From Clostridia bacterium (GTDB lineage Bacteria; Bacillota; Clostridia; Christensenellales; Borkfalkiaceae): a stretch of 64,000 nucleotides of DNA. The stretch spans positions 6,189 through 70,188 of the forward strand of contig JAFURP010000039.1 of the NCBI GenBank assembly GCA_017471785.1, read 5' to 3'. Under the pieces are notes generated by a model. It did not search any database and was not told the origin of the DNA. It worked only from the letters and a program-made list of their open reading frames with translations. This document shows, in pieces, positions 1 to 8,609 of this stretch. Position numbers and translations under genes: made by a program. Positions within the stretch are counted from its first letter, which is position 1. Each line of letters begins with the position of its first letter.

Positions 1-1
1 C

Positions 2-580
2 TTGCTTGGCTGGAGACCGTATTGTAAATTGAACAACGGCGAGGACTTCGAGATCGTGTTCGCGTGTATCGCGACGGGCGTCGTTTCGGGCGTCGGGTTT
101 TCGCTTATGCTCAAACGCTTCGGTGCCAGCGGCGGCACGTACGCCATTTCCGCGCTCATCAAGCATTGGCGCCCGGCGACGAATATTGCCTACGTATCCT
201 TTTTGATGGACGGAAGCGTGGTGTTTATCGCGTTCTTCGTGTACGGTATGAAGATCACGCCCGTCATTTGTACCCTGCTCAATCTGTTTATTGCCAATAT
301 CGTAGTAGACAGCGTGCTTACGGGCGTTCGAAACGGCTATAAATTCGAGATCATCACGGATAAGCCCGACGAGCTTTCGAAAGAACTGATCGAACGGCTT
401 AAGCACGGCGTAACGGAAATTCGTGTGCTCGGTATGTATTCGCATGAGGAAAAATATATGCTCGTGTGCATTATCCGTAAAAAGCAGGTGGGCGAGATGA
501 TGAAGATCATTCAACGCTATCAAGGCACGTTCGCAAGCTTTTCCAAGGTCAACGAAGTGTTCGGCCGCTTCAAAAAGTAG
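2..580 (+). CDS. YitT-family membrane protein with DUF2179-type C-terminal domain; 5' end lies outside the window
   Basis: The ORF is open at the window edge. Hydrophobic TM segments are followed by a soluble C-terminal domain (KFEIITDKPDELSKELIERLKHGVTEIRVLGMYS...). This is colinear with the C-terminus of the 1219..2097 paralog (KLCIIISDKGEEISKTLIEQSPRGVTMLDGQGMYT...). Confidence 0.7.
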   Translation: MLGWRPYCKLNNGEDFEIVFACIATGVVSGVGFSLMLKRFGASGGTYAISALIKHWRPATNIAYVSFLMDGSVVFIAFFVYGMKITPVICTLLNLFIANIVVDSVLTGVRNGYKFEIITDKPDELSKELIERLKHGVTEIRVLGMYSHEEKYMLVCIIRKKQVGEMMKIIQRYQGTFASFSKVNEVFGRFKK

Positions 581-618
581 CCGTCCCTTGGAAAAAGGAA
601 ATATTTTCTCTTTTTTCC

Positions 619-647
619 TTGACGGAATGGAGAGCAAATGGTATAAT
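619..647 (+). promoter_or_regulatory. sigma-A type promoter upstream of eda
   Basis: TTGACG (619-624), 17-nt spacer, TATAAT (642-647), with a TGn extended -10. It lies 34 nt upstream of the eda ATG. Confidence 0.5.
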
Positions 648-680
648 AAAAACGAAAAAAAATATTATAGAGGTAAAAAA

Positions 681-1229
681 ATGGATAAACTTATTCCCGT
701 AGTCGTTATAAAAGAGCTTTCGGACACGGACAGGATCTTGTCGGCGCTTAAAAAGAGCGGCATTATGTGCGCGGAGATCACTTTCCGTACCGCTTGTGCG
801 GCGGAAGCGATCGCTTACGCTTGCGAAAAATATCCCGATATGAATATCGGCGCAGGCACCGTCATCAACGCGGCGCAATGCGAACAGGCGCTCAAGGCAG
901 GCGCGAAATTTATCGTGTCCCCCGGACTTTCCGTGCCCGTTGCGAATATTTGTAAGGAGAAGAATATCCCTTACTACCCGGGGTGCGTAACGCCTACGGA
1001 GATCATGCAGGCGTTGGAGCTTGGGATCACGATCGTCAAATTCTTCCCTGCCAACGTATACGGCGGCTTGAAAGCGCTCAAAGCGCTCAGCGGACCCTTC
1101 CCTCAAGTCAAATTTATTCCTACGGGCGGCGTAAACCGCGACAATTTGGACGAATTCTTATCGTGGGATAAAATCTATGCGGTAGGCGGTAGCTTCATGG
1201 TAGAAGAGGCGCTGAAAAATGCCGACTAA
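681..1229 (+). CDS. eda: 2-dehydro-3-deoxyphosphogluconate / 4-hydroxy-2-oxoglutarate aldolase
   Basis: The start was trimmed from the 588 ORF to ATG 681 (MDKLIPVVVIK...). Typical KDPG aldolase blocks are present: CAEITFRT, GAGTV, FIVSPG, GCVTPTE, KFFPA, IPTGGV. Confidence 0.85.
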   Translation: MDKLIPVVVIKELSDTDRILSALKKSGIMCAEITFRTACAAEAIAYACEKYPDMNIGAGTVINAAQCEQALKAGAKFIVSPGLSVPVANICKEKNIPYYPGCVTPTEIMQALELGITIVKFFPANVYGGLKALKALSGPFPQVKFIPTGGVNRDNLDEFLSWDKIYAVGGSFMVEEALKNAD

Positions 1230-2097
1230 CGAGGGCAAGAAAAAAATCTTAAAGGAAGCGGAGGGGTATTTCTTTATGCTCGTCGCGTGCCTCGCGTACG
1301 CGCTCAGCACCGACTTATTCCTCGCAAAAAATTCCATCGTCGCGGGCGGCGTGACCGGTCTTTCCGTGCTTATCCACCTGTTGAACGAGAAGCTTCCGAT
1401 CGGTATGATCTCGATCGCCATCAATATCCCGATACTTATTCTCGGTATCAAGATGATGGGGTGGAAATTTATCCTCAAATGTCTTTTGACGATCACCGTT
1501 TTGGGTGTGTTTACCGATCTTTTAAGCTTTTTACCGGCTATGACGGACGATTACATATTGGCTTCCCTCTACGGCGGACTTTGCCAAGGTATCGGAATCG
1601 GACTTTTCGTGCGTTACGAGTATTCCAGCGGCGGTACGGAGCTTTTGGGACGGGTCGTTTCCCGTTGGACAAAGGTATTGAAAATTCCCGTATGCGTGGG
1701 TATTTTGGACGGTATTATCGTCGTTTTGGGCGCGATCGTTACCAAAAACCCCAACAATATGTTATACGCGCTCATCGTCATTTTCGTCAGCACGAAGATT
1801 TCGGAAATATTGCTCGTCGGCGTGGAAAAATCCAAGCTGTGCATCATCATTTCGGATAAGGGCGAGGAGATATCCAAGACCTTGATAGAACAAAGCCCTC
1901 GCGGCGTAACGATGCTCGACGGACAAGGTATGTATACGCATAAAGAGCATAACGTACTGCTTACCTGCGTAAAAAATCATCAGCTTACGCAACTGAAAAA
2001 GATCGTCAAAGGTATAGACGAGCACGCGTTCATCATCATTAACGAATCGGTGGAAGTACGCGGACAGGGCTTCCAGTCCTTGAATGAAGAAAAATAA
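1219..2097 (+). CDS. YitT-family membrane protein (DUF2179 C-terminal domain)
   Basis: 292 aa with several TM helices (GGVTGLSVLI, ISIAINIPILILG) plus a C-terminal soluble domain. The start overlaps the eda stop by 11 nt. It is a paralog of the 2..580 product. Confidence 0.8.
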   Translation: MPTNEGKKKILKEAEGYFFMLVACLAYALSTDLFLAKNSIVAGGVTGLSVLIHLLNEKLPIGMISIAINIPILILGIKMMGWKFILKCLLTITVLGVFTDLLSFLPAMTDDYILASLYGGLCQGIGIGLFVRYEYSSGGTELLGRVVSRWTKVLKIPVCVGILDGIIVVLGAIVTKNPNNMLYALIVIFVSTKISEILLVGVEKSKLCIIISDKGEEISKTLIEQSPRGVTMLDGQGMYTHKEHNVLLTCVKNHQLTQLKKIVKGIDEHAFIIINESVEVRGQGFQSLNEEK

Positions 2098-2116
2098 TTA
2101 AGGAAGGTATATAAAA

Positions 2117-3139
2117 ATGAAAAAGGTAGTAACTTTCGGTGAATTGATGTTAAGACTTGCCCCCGAGGGGTATCTCCGTTTCGTGCAAAGCGATAAATAC
2201 GAAGCGACCTACGGCGGCGCGGAGGCTAACGTAGCGGTGTCCTTGGCGAACTACGGCGTAGACGCAGCGTTCGTTTCCAAGCTTCCCACCCACGAGATCG
2301 GACAAGCGGCGGTCAATTCCCTGCGTAAATTCGGCGTGGATACGAGCAAGATCGTCCGCGGTGGCGATAGAGTAGGTATCTACTATTGCGAAAAGGGCGC
2401 GTCCCAACGCCCCTCCAAGGTCGTGTACGATAGAGCGTACAGCGCGATCGCTATGGCAAAAAAGGAAGACTTCGACTGGGATAAGATCTTCGACGGCGTG
2501 GAATGGTTCCACTTTACGGGCATTACGCCGGCGCTTTCCGACGAGGTGGCGGCGATTTGCGTAGACGCGTGTAAGGCGGCGAAAGCGAAGAATATCACTA
2601 TCTCCTGCGACTTGAATTTCCGTAAAAAGCTTTGGAGCAAGGAAAAAGCGGGCAAGGTGATGGGCGAGCTTTGCGAGTATATCGATTACTGTATCGCCAA
2701 CGAAGAGGACGCAAAGGACGTATTCGGCATTGAAGCGGATAACACGGATATCTACGGCGGCAAGCTGGATAGAGAGGGCTATATTTCCGTTGCGAAAAAG
2801 CTTACCGATCGTTTCGATTTCAAGGGCGTTGCGATCACCTTGCGCGAAAGCAAGAGCGCGAACGACAACGATTGGTCGGGTATGCTCTACACGGACGGTC
2901 AAGCGTACTTCAGCAAGAAATATAGTATGCATATCGTCGATAGAGTAGGCGGCGGCGACAGCTTCGGCGGCGGACTTATCTATTCGCTCGTAAACGGCTA
3001 CGACGCGCAAAAGGCGATCGAGTTCGCGGTTGCGGCAAGCTGCTTGAAGCATACCGTAGAGGGCGACTATAATATGGTATCGGTGGCGGAAGTACAAAAT
3101 CTTGCGGGCGGCGACGCAAGCGGACGCGTACAAAGATAA
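2117..3139 (+). CDS. kdgK: 2-dehydro-3-deoxygluconokinase (PfkB sugar kinase family)
   Basis: N-terminus VVTFGELMLRLAP, GGAEANVAV, and the C-terminal PfkB motif DRVGGGDSFGGGLIY. An RBS (AAGGAAGG) lies upstream. The gene sits near eda. Confidence 0.85.
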   Translation: MKKVVTFGELMLRLAPEGYLRFVQSDKYEATYGGAEANVAVSLANYGVDAAFVSKLPTHEIGQAAVNSLRKFGVDTSKIVRGGDRVGIYYCEKGASQRPSKVVYDRAYSAIAMAKKEDFDWDKIFDGVEWFHFTGITPALSDEVAAICVDACKAAKAKNITISCDLNFRKKLWSKEKAGKVMGELCEYIDYCIANEEDAKDVFGIEADNTDIYGGKLDREGYISVAKKLTDRFDFKGVAITLRESKSANDNDWSGMLYTDGQAYFSKKYSMHIVDRVGGGDSFGGGLIYSLVNGYDAQKAIEFAVAASCLKHTVEGDYNMVSVAEVQNLAGGDASGRVQR

Positions 3140-3188
3140 GAAATAAAGGGCTATTGTAAAAAATTTCCGAGAATTTGCGCTAAAACAG

Positions 3189-3217
3189 TTGCAAAAAGCA
3201 AAGGATAATGGTATAAT
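3189..3217 (+). promoter_or_regulatory. sigma-A type promoter of the rimP-nusA-infB operon
   Basis: TTGCAA (3189-3194), 17 nt, TATAAT (3212-3217), with a TGn extended -10. Confidence 0.5.
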
Positions 3218-3243
3218 AATTATACTTAATAGTTCAGTTAATG

Positions 3244-3275
3244 AGTATTGAGAGTGGCTTGCCACTCTCAATATT
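3244..3275 (+). promoter_or_regulatory. Leader hairpin in the rimP 5' UTR (possible attenuator / weak intrinsic terminator)
   Basis: Perfect 13-bp inverted repeat TATTGAGAGTGGC-TT-GCCACTCTCAATA (3246-3273), extendable by A-U and G-U pairs. It is followed by an interrupted U-tract (TTGCTTAT). It lies between the predicted -10 and the rimP RBS (GAGGAGG, 3284-3290). Confidence 0.4.
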
Positions 3276-3298
3276 GCTTATATGAGGAGGGAAACGCG

Positions 3299-3769
3299 AT
3301 GAAAGTAAAACCTATCGAGGAGATCGAAAACGCGCTGACGCCCGTAGCCGAGCGCCTTTCGATCGAGATCGTCGAGGTGGAATTTAAGCAGGGTAGATCG
3401 CCGGCGCTCACCGTGTATATCGATACGGAAACGGGCGTGGATCTCAACACCTGCGAAAAGTTTCATCGGGAGATCGACCCCGTCTTAGACGAGCTCGACC
3501 CTACGTTCGGCGCTTCGTACACCTTGAACGTGTCCAGCCCGGGGTTGGATAGACCGTTGAAAACGGAACGGGATTTTAACAAATGCTTAAACGAAAAGGT
3601 GGAAGTGAAGCTGTACGCGCCCCTGAAAGGCAAGAAGCTTTTCGAGGCGAAGCTGACGGCGTTCGACGAGCATACCGTAGAGATCGAGGATAAGGGCGAG
3701 GTCGTTCGCATAGAAAGGACGAGGATAGCGAAAATTTGCCGCGCGATCGATTTCGACGGCTTAGATTGA
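3299..3769 (+). CDS. rimP: ribosome maturation factor RimP
   Basis: The start was trimmed to ATG 3299, which has a GAGGAGG RBS. The LEIVEVEF...LTVYID...YTLNVSSPGLDRPL pattern is typical of RimP, and the gene lies immediately upstream of nusA. Confidence 0.85.
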   Translation: MKVKPIEEIENALTPVAERLSIEIVEVEFKQGRSPALTVYIDTETGVDLNTCEKFHREIDPVLDELDPTFGASYTLNVSSPGLDRPLKTERDFNKCLNEKVEVKLYAPLKGKKLFEAKLTAFDEHTVEIEDKGEVVRIERTRIAKICRAIDFDGLD

Positions 3770-3896
3770 AAGAAAGGCTACGTCGCACCCTCGGTTGATT
3801 TTTGCCTATAAAATACGGCATATCCTCAACCGTTTGTGCGGCATTGCCAAAATAAAAAAACGATTTACGATAAAAAACAAACAGGAGAATAAAAAG

Positions 3897-5012
3897 ATGG
3901 TTAATAAGGAGTTTTTTGCGGCGCTTACCGATTTGGTAAGAGAGAAGGGGATCAGCGAAGAAGCGTTTATCGAAACGCTCCAAAATGCACTTGCTTCGGC
4001 GTATAAAAAGCAATACGACGGCGGCGCGGAGGTTTCCGTTTCCCTTGACGCGGAAAAGGGTACGATCGAGTTTAAGGCGACGAGATACGTCGTGGAGGAG
4101 GTCGTCGACAAGGATAAGGAAATTTCCTTGGAGGACGCGCAGGAGCTCGATCCCACTCATCAGGTCGGCGACGCTATCGTTAAGGTGTTCGTTCCCAAAG
4201 ATTTCGGCCGTATCGCGGCGCAAACGGCAAAGCAGGTGATCTTGCAAAAATTGCACGAAGCGGAACGCGACAACACGTTCTCCGAATTCTCCGATAAAGA
4301 GGGTGAATTGATGGAGGGCGTTATCCGCAAGATCGACGAGCGCAACGTGTACGTAGAGCTTGGAGATAAGAAGATCGAGGGCGTAATGCCCCCGCAGGAT
4401 CGCGTAATGGGCGAAAGATACGTCGTTGGCGAGCGGATCAAGGTATTCGTTAAACGCGTTAAAAACAGCGGTAGAAACTCGCAAATCGTCGTTTCCCGCG
4501 CAGCGGCGGGCTTGGTGAAAAAGCTGTTCGAGGAACAAGTGCCCGAGATCGCGCAGGGTATCGTAGAGATCAAAGAGATCGCGCGTGAAGCGGGACACCG
4601 TACGAAGATGGCGATCTTCTCCAACGACGCGCGCGTGGACGCAGTCGGCGCTTGCGTAGGTAACAGAGGCGCTCGCGTAAACGCCGTGGTGGAAGAGCTC
4701 GGCGGTGAAAAGATCGATATCATTCTTTGGAACGAGGATCCCCTTGCGTTCATTTATAAGGCGCTTTCGCCTGCTACCGTGCTTTCGGTAACCTCTAAGG
4801 GCGAGCGTAGCGCTATGGCGATCGTACCCGACGACAAGCTTTCGCTTGCGATCGGCAGGGACGGTCAAAACGCGCGCTTGGCTGCGCGTCTTACGGGCTG
4901 GAAGATCGACGTAAAGAGCGCGTCCTCGCCCGAAGCGGCTGAAATTCTTGCCGCGATGGAAAGCGAAGAAGAATTCGAGGAAGTGGAAGAAGAAAGCGTG
5001 GAGCAAGAATAA
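3897..5012 (+). CDS. nusA: transcription termination/antitermination factor NusA
   Basis: The start was trimmed to ATG 3897 (MVNKEFFAALTDLVREKGIS). S1 and tandem KH regions are present (VSRAAAGLVKKLFEEQVPEI, GACVGNRGARV, AIGRDGQNARLAARLTGWKIDV). Confidence 0.95.
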   Translation: MVNKEFFAALTDLVREKGISEEAFIETLQNALASAYKKQYDGGAEVSVSLDAEKGTIEFKATRYVVEEVVDKDKEISLEDAQELDPTHQVGDAIVKVFVPKDFGRIAAQTAKQVILQKLHEAERDNTFSEFSDKEGELMEGVIRKIDERNVYVELGDKKIEGVMPPQDRVMGERYVVGERIKVFVKRVKNSGRNSQIVVSRAAAGLVKKLFEEQVPEIAQGIVEIKEIAREAGHRTKMAIFSNDARVDAVGACVGNRGARVNAVVEELGGEKIDIILWNEDPLAFIYKALSPATVLSVTSKGERSAMAIVPDDKLSLAIGRDGQNARLAARLTGWKIDVKSASSPEAAEILAAMESEEEFEEVEEESVEQE

Positions 5013-5284
5013 TGGCAACGAAAAAGTCCGTACCGATGAGAATGTGTATAGCCTGCCGTCAAATGCAGCCCAAAAAGGAAATGTACCGCGTGGTTAAAAG
5101 CGCGGACGGCGAGATCTGCGTAGACCCGACGGGCAAAATGGCGGGGCGCGGCGCGTATATTTGCGGCGCGGACGAATGTCAAAAAAAGCTTGCCGATAAA
5201 AAGCTTTTGCATAAGGCTTTTTCGACGGAAGTATCCCAAGAGGTGTATCGGGGTATAGAGGAGGAAGTCCTTGGAGAAAAGTAA
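5012..5284 (+). CDS. ylxR: YlxR/RnpM family RNA-binding protein (DUF448)
   Basis: 90 aa with the R(M)CIACR...GRGAYIC signature. The start overlaps the nusA stop (TAATG), the conserved position between nusA and infB. Confidence 0.85.
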   Translation: MATKKSVPMRMCIACRQMQPKKEMYRVVKSADGEICVDPTGKMAGRGAYICGADECQKKLADKKLLHKAFSTEVSQEVYRGIEEEVLGEK

Positions 5285-5603
5285 GATAGAAACGTATCTC
5301 GGATTTTGCGTACGGGCGCGGAAGATCGCGTTCGGCGTCGACGAGGTGGAAAAGCAGCGCAAGGGCGTTTTTCTACTCATATCCGACGGGTCGTTGAGTG
5401 AAAATTCTTTTAAGATCATGCTCAAAGCCCAAGAAAAGCTCGCCTGTCCGTTGCTGCAAACGGAAGCGGAAACGCTGGGCGCGCTTTTGCACAAGCCTGC
5501 CGTAAAAGCGGTGGCGATCAAAGATAAACACCTCGCCGAAGCGATCGTTTCCGTCGCAAACGGCGAGCCGCAATTCAAATTATATTCGGGAGGAACGAAC
5601 TGA
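5271..5603 (+). CDS. ylxQ: L7Ae-family ribosomal-protein-like protein (YlxQ type)
   Basis: 110 aa with a TTG start 5 nt after a GAGGAGG RBS. GFCVRARKIAFGVDEV is typical of YlxQ, and the gene occupies the conserved position before infB. Confidence 0.75.
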   Translation: MEKSKIETYLGFCVRARKIAFGVDEVEKQRKGVFLLISDGSLSENSFKIMLKAQEKLACPLLQTEAETLGALLHKPAVKAVAIKDKHLAEAIVSVANGEPQFKLYSGGTN

Positions 5604-5607
5604 ACCT

Positions 5608-8232
5608 ATGGCAAAGAAATACGAAAACGTGGAGAAAATATTAGAGCTTTTGGGCGACGAGCAGCTGGGTGGGTTGCAAAAACGCCTTTCCGCCACGGAA
5701 AAAAATCTTTCGGAAATATTGAAAAATTTATCCGCTATGGAAGCGGAAAAAGCGGAGCGTGAAGCAGCCGAAGCCGCCGCGAGAGCGGAGGAAGAGGCGC
5801 GCATAGCCGCTGAAGCGGCAGCCGCCGCGGCGGCGGAAAAAGCCGCGCAAGCAGTCGTCGTTCCCGAAGCGACGGAAGAACAAGCGGAGGAAACGTCCAA
5901 GAAAAAGACCTCGCGCCAAAAAGAGGTAGAAGCAGTCGAAGAAACGACGGAAGAAGCAACGGAAGCCGTAGAAAAACCGGTCGCGGAGGAAAAGCCGCAA
6001 CCCAAGACCTACGCTCCCAAAGCGGAGCCTACCGCGCCCGCCGCGCCCCGTGCCCCCCGCTATTTCAGAAACGGACAAGAGCAGGGAGTCTATATTTCCA
6101 AGGCGGGAGTGGAAAACAATACGTCGAGCTACGGCGCGACCTACCGTCCCCGTCCGCAAGGGGATAGACCCGTTCGTCCGCAAGGCGCTACGTTCGGTGG
6201 TACGCGGCCGTCGACGGGAGGCGTTAGAACGCCTCGTCCGAGCACGGGAAGCGCGCCCGTAAGCGCGCCTATGATGCCCACGCGCGATAGTAAATCCTTC
6301 TCCGCACCGGCGAAGAAAAAGACTTTTGAAAAGACCTACACCGAAAAGAAAGCCCTTAACAAGCGCGACCTCGTAAAGCAACGGGGTATGACGGTGGAGG
6401 ATTTCGACGAGGATAAGTCGGGTTATAGAAAGGTTCGTTCGCCCAAGAAACAAAAGCGTCAGGAGATCCCGACGATCAAGATCGAGCACGCGGTAGTGAC
6501 CACGCAAGAAATTCCCCTGAAAGTGCTTTCCGAAAAGCTCGGCGTTTCGGCGGTGGAGATCACCAAGCGCCTGTTCAAAGAAGGCATTATGAAAGGAATC
6601 AACGATTCCATCGATTACGATAACGCGGCGCTCATGGCGGCGGATATGGGCATCGATTTGGAATATAAGCCCGAAAAGACGGCGGAGGAAGTGCTTATGG
6701 ACACGACGACCGCCGAGGACGAGAGCAAGCTCGTTACCCGTGCGCCCGTCGTTACGGTCATGGGTCACGTTGACCACGGTAAGACCTCCTTGCTCGATAA
6801 AATTCGTGAAACGAGCGTTACGAGCGGCGAAGCTGGCGGTATCACGCAAAGCATCGGCGCGTACACGGTGACGGCAAAGGGCAAGCAGATCACCTTTATC
6901 GACACTCCCGGTCACGCGGCGTTTACGGCAATGCGTGCGCGCGGCGCGCAGGTAACAGACGTAGTTATCCTCGTCGTTGCGGCGGACGACGGCATCATGC
7001 CTCAAACGGTGGAAGCTATCAATCACGCGAAAGCGGCAAACGTGCCCATTATCGTCGCGATGAATAAGATGGATAAATACGAGATCAATCCCGATAGAGT
7101 AAAACAAGAGCTGATCGAGCACGAGCTCGTGCCCGAGGAATGGGGCGGCGATACGATGGTCGTTCCCGTTTCGGCAAAGACGGGTATGGGTATCGACGAG
7201 CTTTTGGAATCGGTCAATCTCGTTGCGGAAATGCAAGAGCTCAAAGCCAACCCCGATCGTCAGGCAAAGGGTACGATCATCGAAGCCAAGCTCGACAAGG
7301 GCAAGGGTCCCGTTGCAAGCATCATCGTACAAACGGGTACGTTGCACACGGGCGACAACATTCTTTCGGGTACGACTATGGGACGCGTTCGCGCTATGTT
7401 CGACGATAAGGGCAAAGCGGTCAAATCCGCGGGACCGTCTATGGCGGTTTCCATTCTCGGTTTGGAGGACGTTCCCAACGCCGGCGACAGCATTATGGCG
7501 GTAGACCAAACGCTGATGAAGCAGGTACAGGAAGAAAGAAAGAACAAGCAACGCGAGAGCATGATCAAAGAACAAAGCCGCGTATCCTTGGACGATATCT
7601 TCGCGCAGGTGGAAGAGGGCAAGATCAAAAACCTCAACCTCATCGTCAAGGGCGACGTGCAAGGCAGCGTAGAAGCGGTAAAGCAATCGCTTGAAAAATT
7701 GTCCAACGAGGAGGTGCGCGTAAAAGTTATCCACTCGGCGGCAGGCGCTATCAACGAGGGCGACGTGATGCTTGCGGACAGCGCAAACGCGATCATCATC
7801 GGCTTCAACGTTCGTCCCGACACCAAGGCGAAGAAGCTTGCGGAAACCTCCAAGGTGGACGTAAGAAGCTATCGTATCATTTACGAGCTTCTCGACGATA
7901 TGGAAGCGGCGCTTAAGGGTATGCTTGCACCCAAGCTCAAAGAAGTGCTCACGGGTAAATGCGAAGTGCGTCAAACGTTCAATATTACGGGCGTGGGCAC
8001 GATCGCGGGTTGCTACGTTACGGACGGTAAGATCGTTCGCGGCGGTAAGCTCCGCATCTATCGCGAAGATATTATGATCTGCGAGGGCGGCGTAAAGCAG
8101 CTGAAGCGCTTCAAGGACGACGTGAAAGAAGTCAACTACGGCTACGAATGCGGCTGTGCCATCGAGGGCTTTAACGAGATCCGCGTGGGCGATATTATCG
8201 AATGTTACGTTACGGAGGAGATCAAAGCGTAA
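5608..8232 (+). CDS. infB: translation initiation factor IF-2
   Basis: GTPase motifs VMGHVDHGKTSLLD, DTPGH and NKMD. The C-terminal IF2 domains are present, and the N-terminal region is an Ala/Glu-rich low-complexity stretch. Confidence 0.97.
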   Translation: MAKKYENVEKILELLGDEQLGGLQKRLSATEKNLSEILKNLSAMEAEKAEREAAEAAARAEEEARIAAEAAAAAAAEKAAQAVVVPEATEEQAEETSKKKTSRQKEVEAVEETTEEATEAVEKPVAEEKPQPKTYAPKAEPTAPAAPRAPRYFRNGQEQGVYISKAGVENNTSSYGATYRPRPQGDRPVRPQGATFGGTRPSTGGVRTPRPSTGSAPVSAPMMPTRDSKSFSAPAKKKTFEKTYTEKKALNKRDLVKQRGMTVEDFDEDKSGYRKVRSPKKQKRQEIPTIKIEHAVVTTQEIPLKVLSEKLGVSAVEITKRLFKEGIMKGINDSIDYDNAALMAADMGIDLEYKPEKTAEEVLMDTTTAEDESKLVTRAPVVTVMGHVDHGKTSLLDKIRETSVTSGEAGGITQSIGAYTVTAKGKQITFIDTPGHAAFTAMRARGAQVTDVVILVVAADDGIMPQTVEAINHAKAANVPIIVAMNKMDKYEINPDRVKQELIEHELVPEEWGGDTMVVPVSAKTGMGIDELLESVNLVAEMQELKANPDRQAKGTIIEAKLDKGKGPVASIIVQTGTLHTGDNILSGTTMGRVRAMFDDKGKAVKSAGPSMAVSILGLEDVPNAGDSIMAVDQTLMKQVQEERKNKQRESMIKEQSRVSLDDIFAQVEEGKIKNLNLIVKGDVQGSVEAVKQSLEKLSNEEVRVKVIHSAAGAINEGDVMLADSANAIIIGFNVRPDTKAKKLAETSKVDVRSYRIIYELLDDMEAALKGMLAPKLKEVLTGKCEVRQTFNITGVGTIAGCYVTDGKIVRGGKLRIYREDIMICEGGVKQLKRFKDDVKEVNYGYECGCAIEGFNEIRVGDIIECYVTEEIKA

Positions 8233-8606
8233 TGAAAGTATCGAGAACGTCAAGACTCAACGGAGAATATCAAAAGGAGATCAGCGTTATTCTCCGTCGG
8301 GTAAAGGATAGAAATCCCGAGCTGAAGGGCTTGATTTCCGTAACGGAAACGGACGTAGCGCCCGATTTGAAAACGGCGTACGTGTACGTGAGCATTTACG
8401 GCTTGGACGAAGTGGGAACGAAGGAAGCGCTCAACCTTTTACAGGACAACGCCGGCTATATCCGCCACGAGCTTTCGCAAGTAATGCGTATGCGTACCGT
8501 ACCTGCGCTCACCTTCCGTTTGGATAAGAGTATGGTTTACGGCGCGAAGATGGACGAGCTGTTCAAAAAAATAAACGCGCAGGAAACGAGCTCGGACGAG
8601 GATTAA
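8232..8606 (+). CDS. rbfA: ribosome-binding factor A
   Basis: The start was trimmed to ATG 8232, overlapping the infB stop by 1 nt. RLNGEYQKEISVIL...ISVTETDVAPDLKTAYVYVS...RTVPALTF is the RbfA pattern. Confidence 0.9.
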   Translation: MKVSRTSRLNGEYQKEISVILRRVKDRNPELKGLISVTETDVAPDLKTAYVYVSIYGLDEVGTKEALNLLQDNAGYIRHELSQVMRMRTVPALTFRLDKSMVYGAKMDELFKKINAQETSSDED

Positions 8607-8609
8607 ATT

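Noticed and set aside
588-680. N-terminal extensions offered by the ORF track for eda and several other genes. The alternative starts are 588 (eda), 3248 (rimP), 3795 (nusA), 8202 (rbfA), 9645 (helicase), 25805 (addA), 35892 (permease) and 46003 (secreted protein).
   Set aside because: The extensions lack an RBS, overlap promoters, terminators or the preceding gene, and add non-homologous residues. Internal ATGs with good RBS spacing give canonical N-termini.
1287-1859. A 190-aa plus-strand ORF in an alternative frame within the YitT gene. Similar same-strand overlapping ORFs include 64..342, 7140..7409, 36899..37147 and 55622..55957.
   Set aside because: The translations are Arg/Gly-rich frame-shifted readings of real genes, with no RBS and no motif content.
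5740-6010. A GCn-rich nucleotide periodicity and Ala/Glu repeats that might indicate a repeat element.
   Set aside because: This is the variable low-complexity N-terminal region of IF-2, in frame with the rest of infB. That is normal for this protein.
5728-8253. An 841-aa ORF antisense to infB. Similar long antisense ORFs occur at 3576..5018, 2150..3271, 16255..18081, 13797..14663, 26600..27448, 38563..39597, 42070..42942, 44080..44829 and 55182..56363.
   Set aside because: Each lies exactly opposite a well-supported gene. The translations are Arg/Leu/Phe-rich low-complexity strings with no recognisable motifs or RBS. They arise because the sense strand rarely uses TTA, CTA and TCA codons, which removes stop codons from one antisense frame.
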